From positions 1 through 64,000 of the IMG/VR virus record IMGVR_UViG_3300013132_005385: a stretch of 64,000 nt of DNA; one strand, given 5' to 3'. The DNA is from a virus. The first letter of the stretch is position 1; every line of letters starts with the position of its first letter. The position numbers and the translations under genes are program-made. Below, piece after piece: positions 57,732-64,000 of the stretch. The notes under the pieces were generated by a model. That model worked only from the letters and a program-made list of their open reading frames with translations. It had not been told where the DNA came from and ran no database searches.

Positions 57732-58511
57732 TTAAATTTTATCAGGATCCGGTAAACTATTATCAAAAATTATATCAAGATTTATCCCATATGGATTCAT
57801 TTCGTCTCTGGTTAGAGTGGTTCCATGTGGGAGATAAATGATCATAGGGGAAGTACCCTTTGGCCAGGAAGAAGCCGCTAGAAAGAGAGATTCTTTATAT
57901 GTCAAGCTTCCCTGGTTTGTTGGAAATGATGTGCTGCGAAAAATTATAGGGATTTTATTTGATGCTGTTACACCGGGTAGCAGATCCTTAACTGAAAAAA
58001 GACTTGGCTTATCATCATTAATCACGCAGATCCTATTCTTCAATGAGTCCGGAAGAAGATAATGGAATTCGCAAAATCTCTCCATAATACCTTTTCTATC
58101 ACCCTGTGCACTACCAATATGGATTATTAGGGGCGATACGAAATCGGAAGGAAGCTTAAGTAGATCCATCATTCCACCTATAAGTTTGATCTCGCTAACT
58201 GCCTTTTCCTCTGTATTGGTATCAGTGGTTGAAAAGTAGTTACCTGATTTAATATAGAATCCAATTCTAAATTTTAGATCCTCAATAAAATGATTTATTC
58301 TTTCGATTTCAGAATCCGACGGAATGAAAGATTTTTCAAAGTCCCAATCAGTGATCTCAAAAATAAAACATGTGTGTCCAGTGGGGATTAGCTCCTTGAT
58401 CTTATCACAGATCTCTCTGGTGAGATTGACGGGTTTAGACCTCGACGGCCTTTCCAGTCTGATAATTATTCCCGTCCTCGTTTTTATTCCGTTATAAATG
58501 TTTCCAAGCAT
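57732..58511 (-). CDS. UV-damage endonuclease (UvdE)-like protein, degenerate
   Basis: IIHIGSAQG, RICVINDDK, FSVKDLL, IPIIF; several metal ligands appear lost. Confidence 0.6.
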   Translation of the reverse strand: MLGNIYNGIKTRTGIIIRLERPSRSKPVNLTREICDKIKELIPTGHTCFIFEITDWDFEKSFIPSDSEIERINHFIEDLKFRIGFYIKSGNYFSTTDTNTEEKAVSEIKLIGGMMDLLKLPSDFVSPLIIHIGSAQGDRKGIMERFCEFHYLLPDSLKNRICVINDDKPSLFSVKDLLPGVTASNKIPIIFRSTSFPTNQGSLTYKESLFLAASSWPKGTSPMIIYLPHGTTLTRDEMNPYGINLDIIFDNSLPDPDKI

Positions 58512-58559
58512 TATTTTCCCTGTATAATACTTTCTATTGGAAAATTAATAAATGTTTCT

Positions 58560-59348
58560 CTAAAACGCTTTAAATTCGTCTATAGACATCTTAGGCCATG
58601 ATTCAATTGCACTCGATGGAGATAGGTTAGCTATTTTTATTCCCCTATTACTTAGCTCTCTCCCTAACTGGGCATATTCATCATCAATGAGTTTCGTATT
58701 TCTAGATAAAACATGGTTTCCTGTTTTTGAAAAGAAGTGATTTGGTGTGAAATCAACACCGACCAAACCAATCTTTGATGCCCCCAACTGGTAAGCAACT
58801 ATCACCGCCATATATGGGGAATTCATGGTGTAGTCAACTTTGCTTCTGTCATCTAAATTTAATTTTCCTCTGGATCCAAGGTTAATCTTTACTAATGATC
58901 TTCTATTGTTTAATACTCCAGGATCTATATGACTAAGAATAACCGGGGATTTTGATCTCGTGACCCATTCGAATCTTCCCCTAGAAAATGTTCTTTGGTG
59001 ATTAACAACAACCAAATAATTTGGCGTTAAAATTCTTTCAACATCATTAATCCCAACAACCAAAAAATCAGAGAAATCATTAAATTGGTTTAACGACTCC
59101 CCACACCCAGCAACTATAAAAGGTTTCCCCTTTTGCGAGTCTATATAATCTGGGGAAAAATTAGCCCCAATGTAAGTGTTTATGTTTTGTGTTTGTATTC
59201 TGCCTTCCAGTGGAACTAATGATTCATTTAAACCTTCTGTGGGAATTGAATCATTTTGAACTTCATTCTTTCTACCAAACAAGAATGAATTTCCTCTAAA
59301 TATCTCTTTGGAAATCTGCATTCTTCTTCTTTTCTCTTCTATATTCAT
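58560..59348 (-). CDS. DUF115/Maf-like (sialyltransferase-like fold) putative glycosyltransferase
   Basis: IVAGCGESLN, VVGIND, NSPYMAVIVAYQLGASKIGLVGVDF, HFF, IANLS. Confidence 0.65.
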   Translation of the reverse strand: MNIEEKRRRMQISKEIFRGNSFLFGRKNEVQNDSIPTEGLNESLVPLEGRIQTQNINTYIGANFSPDYIDSQKGKPFIVAGCGESLNQFNDFSDFLVVGINDVERILTPNYLVVVNHQRTFSRGRFEWVTRSKSPVILSHIDPGVLNNRRSLVKINLGSRGKLNLDDRSKVDYTMNSPYMAVIVAYQLGASKIGLVGVDFTPNHFFSKTGNHVLSRNTKLIDDEYAQLGRELSNRGIKIANLSPSSAIESWPKMSIDEFKAF

Positions 59349-60187
59349 TACTTGAAAAGGCTTAACATATTATAGACTTTTTCTCCGTAAGTATCCTTAG
59401 CTTCTCCATAAGAGATGGAGTTTTTTTCTGGAAATCTAGAGACTAGAATACTATATGCTCCCTTTTCATTTCTATTATGAAGGGTTGCTATCGACATAAG
59501 ATCCTTAATTAATGGCCCGCATTCATTCAGATCTGGATGATTATTAAAGAATGTTTCTATCTCCGTGGCCTTTATATGATCGATTAAATCTTTCCCGTGT
59601 GTAGGTTTTGATATGTGTATACAATCCCCCTTTAATTCGGTTTGGTAATCAGAATCTTCTTCAAGCTTTATGAAATACCCAGTCCCCATAGGACCGACTA
59701 TTCTACCATTTTGATCCTCGGATAACTCTGAGTCCCAATCTTTCGATTCCATTGATCCCCAAACTATTTTTCCACCGGAATACTTTGCGTTCTGAGCAAC
59801 CCTTTCCCCTGCAGTGATATTTGCTTTCATCGGGGACTTAATATTCCCAGTGTCCAGGTTAAATTCTATTGTTCCGGGGATTGTTTCGTAAACCTTTTTA
59901 GTTTTAACACTCTGAATTGTAACCAGTGAATATTTTCCATCCTCAGATATCTTAGCGGAAATAACTTGACCCAAAACTTTATTCTTAAGTCCTTTAACAT
60001 TAGCTTTCACATAGTCTCCATTTCTAAAAGCAGAATCTTTTATGTCCTTCGTGGGATCCACCGTGATTTCTGAACTTCTGGAAAGATCCCTATATGGATG
60101 ATAATTAACCTTGAAAACCCCATTAGAACTATTAAATGAGGATCCTGTTAGGGTTTGTGAAAAAAACTCATATAATCTCTTGATCAT
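59348..60187 (-). CDS. Hypothetical protein (CTS-like MIKRLYEF)
   Basis: 279 aa, translationally coupled. Confidence 0.6.
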   Translation of the reverse strand: MIKRLYEFFSQTLTGSSFNSSNGVFKVNYHPYRDLSRSSEITVDPTKDIKDSAFRNGDYVKANVKGLKNKVLGQVISAKISEDGKYSLVTIQSVKTKKVYETIPGTIEFNLDTGNIKSPMKANITAGERVAQNAKYSGGKIVWGSMESKDWDSELSEDQNGRIVGPMGTGYFIKLEEDSDYQTELKGDCIHISKPTHGKDLIDHIKATEIETFFNNHPDLNECGPLIKDLMSIATLHNRNEKGAYSILVSRFPEKNSISYGEAKDTYGEKVYNMLSLFK

Positions 60188-60190
60188 TTC

Positions 60191-60727
60191 TTAGTTCTTT
60201 TTTTTATATGAATCCATTAGATCCTTAATCTTTGAGGCCAACTCATAGTTCTCTTCCTTAATGGCTTCTTCCAGCCTCATATTCAAATCCTTCTGACTAT
60301 CCTGAGGAGATTCATTTTTTCTAATAGGTTCAACTCTTTCCTGTGAAATTGCTATGATTGGTGAAAATAAAATTTCTAGTACAGAATCATTTATGGGAAC
60401 GTATATTCTGTCTTCCTCGTGTACATCGTCATTTTCAGATTCCTCTGAAATATCAATTTCCCATTCCCCGTTAACCCATATGATGCTCCATGGTCCATAA
60501 TTTAATTCAGGGAGGTCATTATCTATGGCGTAATTTATTATGGCCAAAACCTCTTCCTTTATTAATTCACTAGACATTTTCTCTCCTTTGACAATCTTTT
60601 TTATTCCCGGAATTTTAGTTGGCTCTACACCAACGCTTCTCTTTAGCATTTTATAGATCTTTAGAACTAAGTCCCAATCAATAGAATCTATTACCCTGTC
60701 TACTAAAATCTTGTTTTTTGGATTCAT
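60191..60727 (-). CDS. Protein with C-terminal UVR (UvrB/UvrC) motif
   Basis: LNMRLEEAIKEENYELASKIKDLM. Confidence 0.7.
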   Translation of the reverse strand: MNPKNKILVDRVIDSIDWDLVLKIYKMLKRSVGVEPTKIPGIKKIVKGEKMSSELIKEEVLAIINYAIDNDLPELNYGPWSIIWVNGEWEIDISEESENDDVHEEDRIYVPINDSVLEILFSPIIAISQERVEPIRKNESPQDSQKDLNMRLEEAIKEENYELASKIKDLMDSYKKKN

Positions 60728-60739
60728 GCAATTGTTTTT

Positions 60740-63700
60740 TTATGCGTCTATATCATCGATCACAAGAGCCTCCGAATCGTCGAAGAATCTTAATCTCAAA
60801 GGTTGACCAGTTGAGTAATTCTTTTTATATATGGTACAGGAATAATCCTGATACACGTAGGTAGCTGGGGTGAAATCTATATTGCTAACTTGACATTCCG
60901 TAATATTATATTGGAAATTATTTAATATGATATTGCCATCTCCAGGAGATCCTGATCCAGCACCAAATAAATGCCTGATTGTGTTATTAGTGAAATTATC
61001 TTCTATTGAATTAAGATTAAAAAGCCCTCTAATTTCATTTTCTAAGAAATCATTTCCAATTGAATTGTGAGCAAAATCATTATCAATATAATTGGACGAA
61101 AATCCGCTTCCTATCCTATTATTGTAAAATGTCCCATATATTCTGTTATTATAGGCTCCGTCACCTATAATATTAAACTGCATCTCAAATTTAACTGTAT
61201 TTTCCCCTATTATGCCGAAGGAGTTATTTGCGGACAAACTTCCGAGATCATTCGAATAAGAAATGTTATAGAACACATTATTGGAGAGGAGAAATGTTCC
61301 GGAATTGAGAGCAAAAATTGAGTGGTTACCAATCTTATTATCCGCTGTTAAATATAGATTATTAAAAGTGGTAAATTCACTATATGATCCCGTGTTGTTG
61401 TCATATGAAAGTATATAATCACCAGTGGGAACTGCAGCATAATAATTTACCCCTGTTGATGCGTATGAATAATTATTCGACACCAAAGTTGCCGATGTGT
61501 TTGTTGTAATTAACGAGATCTTAAAGCTTAACCCCCCAACTAAAATTACGTCTCCATTAGAAAGTTCTGTTGTAAAAAGGGTTCCAACCCCAGTCAACGA
61601 TGTACCCGAAATGGTAACGGTGCCCGTTTTTACCGAACCTTGTGAGTAATTCTCATATCTTTTAAACTCAACACTTCGGTGATCATAATCCGTTCTGTTG
61701 CCAAGATCGTCTATTCTTTCTGTGATCCTGCCCTTCGCTGGAGCTCCCATAACCTCAGTTGTATTAAAGAATATGTCATATTTTAATTCGTCTGCTGGAT
61801 AAATTAAAGACCAAGCATTAGGAGCTAATGTGCTTCCGCTAGTTGCCAGCACACAAATAGGTTCAATCGATGATGTTTTCGTCGTAACTGATCCTTTTGG
61901 TGTGTATGTTAAAGAGCCATCGAAAGTAAAATCTGGCTGGTCGTAAACTGTCTGATAGTCGCTGATAACATATAACGTTCCCGGAGATAAAGATCCAGGA
62001 CTGGAAGTTATAGTATTGTATAAAGCGCTGTATGTGGTGACGATAATTCCTCCTAAGCTTCCTGGACCTGTCATACCTGTGGGTCCAGTGGGTCCGATGT
62101 TTCCTTGTAATGTAACTATTGAAATAGAAGTAGATCCAGATCCCTTAATTTCAATGTTGCTCCCAGATCCCACCGTGTAATCTACTCTAACCCAGAATCT
62201 TTCCCCCGCCTGTACATCTAATATTGCATTAGCTGTTATGACTTCGTCGGGTGTATATGATGCTTCAGACAGAATTGAATTATACCCTCTGAATCCATCA
62301 ACAGCCAATGGCCCTGATGTATTCTTCATTAAATCCGTTACGATTTTAGATTCCCCTCCTGTTACAGAATGTGTGACTGTAACCCTATATGAAATTAGGT
62401 ATCTTCCACTTTGAAGTATTTCCACGTATGTTCCAGTCTGTCCGGAATTGGTAAAGTTATTATATGAGTAATATGAACCATCTACTATTGGGTATGTGTC
62501 CAATAAAACCGGGGATGTTGATCCTGAAGATAGTGCAGGCTGAGATCCTAATCTATATCCATTAAATGAATATAAACTTGTGGGAATTCCTATAGGACCT
62601 GTGGGACCAATATTCCCGATAGGACCAATATCCCCAGTTGGTCCAGAATCACCTGTGGGACCAACACTCCCTGTTGGGCCTGTCTCTCCAGTAGATCCCG
62701 ATATTCCCGTAGGACCAGTAGCACCAGTAGTCCCTGTAGGTCCAAATATGGTGTAACCTGCATAAACCCACGAGGATGTTCCAGAATTCCACTGGTAAAC
62801 TTGTCCGTCGTTACCGTCTATATAAAGATCCCCGTCTATGCCCGAAAATATAGGCATACCAAATCCTGTGTATATCCCAGGTCCTTTATCTCCGGTTGGG
62901 CCTGTCTCTCCGGTGGCACCAAATCCAGTCATACCCGTGGGACCTGTTGATCCGGTAAACCCTGTTTGTCCTTGAGCTCCGGTAAACCCTGTTTGTCCTT
63001 GAGCTCCGGTAGGTCCAATAGTACCAACAGATCCTATTGGTCCTTGTGCTCCTGTTGGACCTGTTGATCCAGTAAAACCAGTAGTTCCTGCAGTTCCTGC
63101 TGCTCCGGTTGGTCCAGTTACCCCAGTAGCTCCAGTTGGCCCGGTTGGCCCAGTTGGCCCGGTTGACCCAGTTGTGCCAGTGTCGCCTGTGGGTCCTCCA
63201 GAAGGTCCAGTTGGACCTGTAAGTCCTGTAGCACCAGTTGATCCATTAGATCCAGTTGTTCCCGATAGAAAAGAAACCCAAGCATCAAATCCGTCTATGC
63301 CTCCAGAAAGACTTCCAGACGAGATGTTTGTTGACACAGTTCCCGTAATCAGTACAGCGTGTGAATTGGCAGATGCTCCTAAACCAGCATTTGCTATGAT
63401 GGTAACGGTGTTAAGAGAAAATGAGGCAAGACAGGGAACTGATAAATTTTGGAGAATATTAGTTACTAAAAGCTCCGCCGTGGTCACATTATCAATAGTC
63501 CAGGAAGCTGTTCCTGCTAAAACCGGACCTCCACCATTATCATAGTAAACCGATATGGTTTGTCCAGATGATCCCCCTGAATTAATATCAAATTGAAAAG
63601 TTGCCTTAGTCTCGCCAAAACTTAAATATCCTTGGTAGTCGTCGCCAGTAAATCTGACCTGTCCGACCAATCCAGGCTGAAGAGTTGGAAGAGGAGCAGT

Positions 63701-63913
63701 CCTATCCTCTATGAGTCTAAGTCTTCCCCCTGAATTTTTATTTCCAACCACGGCATGCCTGCCTATGAATATATCATTAATAAGGTTAATTCCCGATGCG
63801 AGAATTTCGCCATTATCTCCTTTAATCTCTATAGATGGATTTCCCGAGACCGGCAAATTAATAAGGTTTGCCTTAATAATGTTAGTGTTAAGCCTGCCCG
63901 TGGGAAAATTCAA
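60740..63913 (-). CDS. Collagen-like fibre protein (GXT repeats, BclA/C1q-like domain, C-terminal beta-helix-like repeats); start uncertain
   Basis: Long GPT/GAT tracts; [10 protein letters not shown] (C1q/TNF-like strand); NxIGxxFxxN repeats. Confidence 0.75.
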   Translation of the reverse strand: MNFPTGRLNTNIIKANLINLPVSGNPSIEIKGDNGEILASGINLINDIFIGRHAVVGNKNSGGRLRLIEDRTAPLPTLQPGLVGQVRFTGDDYQGYLSFGETKATFQFDINSGGSSGQTISVYYDNGGGPVLAGTASWTIDNVTTAELLVTNILQNLSVPCLASFSLNTVTIIANAGLGASANSHAVLITGTVSTNISSGSLSGGIDGFDAWVSFLSGTTGSNGSTGATGLTGPTGPSGGPTGDTGTTGSTGPTGPTGPTGATGVTGPTGAAGTAGTTGFTGSTGPTGAQGPIGSVGTIGPTGAQGQTGFTGAQGQTGFTGSTGPTGMTGFGATGETGPTGDKGPGIYTGFGMPIFSGIDGDLYIDGNDGQVYQWNSGTSSWVYAGYTIFGPTGTTGATGPTGISGSTGETGPTGSVGPTGDSGPTGDIGPIGNIGPTGPIGIPTSLYSFNGYRLGSQPALSSGSTSPVLLDTYPIVDGSYYSYNNFTNSGQTGTYVEILQSGRYLISYRVTVTHSVTGGESKIVTDLMKNTSGPLAVDGFRGYNSILSEASYTPDEVITANAILDVQAGERFWVRVDYTVGSGSNIEIKGSGSTSISIVTLQGNIGPTGPTGMTGPGSLGGIIVTTYSALYNTITSSPGSLSPGTLYVISDYQTVYDQPDFTFDGSLTYTPKGSVTTKTSSIEPICVLATSGSTLAPNAWSLIYPADELKYDIFFNTTEVMGAPAKGRITERIDDLGNRTDYDHRSVEFKRYENYSQGSVKTGTVTISGTSLTGVGTLFTTELSNGDVILVGGLSFKISLITTNTSATLVSNNYSYASTGVNYYAAVPTGDYILSYDNNTGSYSEFTTFNNLYLTADNKIGNHSIFALNSGTFLLSNNVFYNISYSNDLGSLSANNSFGIIGENTVKFEMQFNIIGDGAYNNRIYGTFYNNRIGSGFSSNYIDNDFAHNSIGNDFLENEIRGLFNLNSIEDNFTNNTIRHLFGAGSGSPGDGNIILNNFQYNITECQVSNIDFTPATYVYQDYSCTIYKKNYSTGQPLRLRFFDDSEALVIDDIDA
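62585..63262 (-). repeat. Collagen-like Gly-X-Thr coding repeats (two blocks)
   Basis: [10 protein letters not shown]... read from translation, interrupted by a DGDLYID..VYQW domain. Confidence 0.9.
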
Positions 63914-64000
63914 GGATTTATCCTGAATGCTTATTCCAAAAGCTTTATTTAGAATAGCAAATCCTTGTCTTAATTGATCAAAATTACTATTTGAAACCTG

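Noticed and set aside
1-64000. Genome-wide stop codon reassignment (Lak-like TAG to Gln)
   Set aside because: Long intact ORFs and near-complete coding density under code 11; TAG and TGA end genes at sensible boundaries
1-64000. tRNA, rRNA, intron or intein elements
   Set aside because: Intergenic gaps are almost all too short, and no cloverleaf, intein or homing-endonuclease motifs were recognised by eye; a covariance-model scan was not possible

Overview
AT-rich, gene-dense 64 kb segment of a very large T4-like (myovirus) jumbo or huge phage read in standard code 11, with most genes on the minus strand. The host is probably Bacteroidota (no Shine-Dalgarno motifs, A-rich leaders, TAnnTTTG boxes, a GCTDP..DDGSC motif). 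Layout: baseplate/neck/tail-hub module (1-23.5 kb) interrupted by an amidoligase-like gene, a 4-domain ribosomal protein S1 homologue and a DUF932-like gene; a ~12 kb glycan biosynthesis island (Kdo-8P, GDP-fucose, methyltransferases, about 8 glycosyltransferase-like genes); a block of probable capsid-internal proteins around a RimK-RimB fusion, a polyacidic protein and an AsnB/kinase pair; the head module (gp21-like protease fused to a repeat scaffold, gp23-like major capsid protein); a nucleotidyltransferase; a DNA-repair cluster (PolB-type exonuclease, NEIL1-like glycosylase, degenerate UvdE); and a collagen-like fibre gene. The most striking unexplained structure is a cohort of proteins sharing a T4 capsid-targeting-like motif and (L/I/V)xE cleavage sites, many behind a shared RATATATA late-promoter motif. 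All assignments come from motif recognition by eye; no searches were run.
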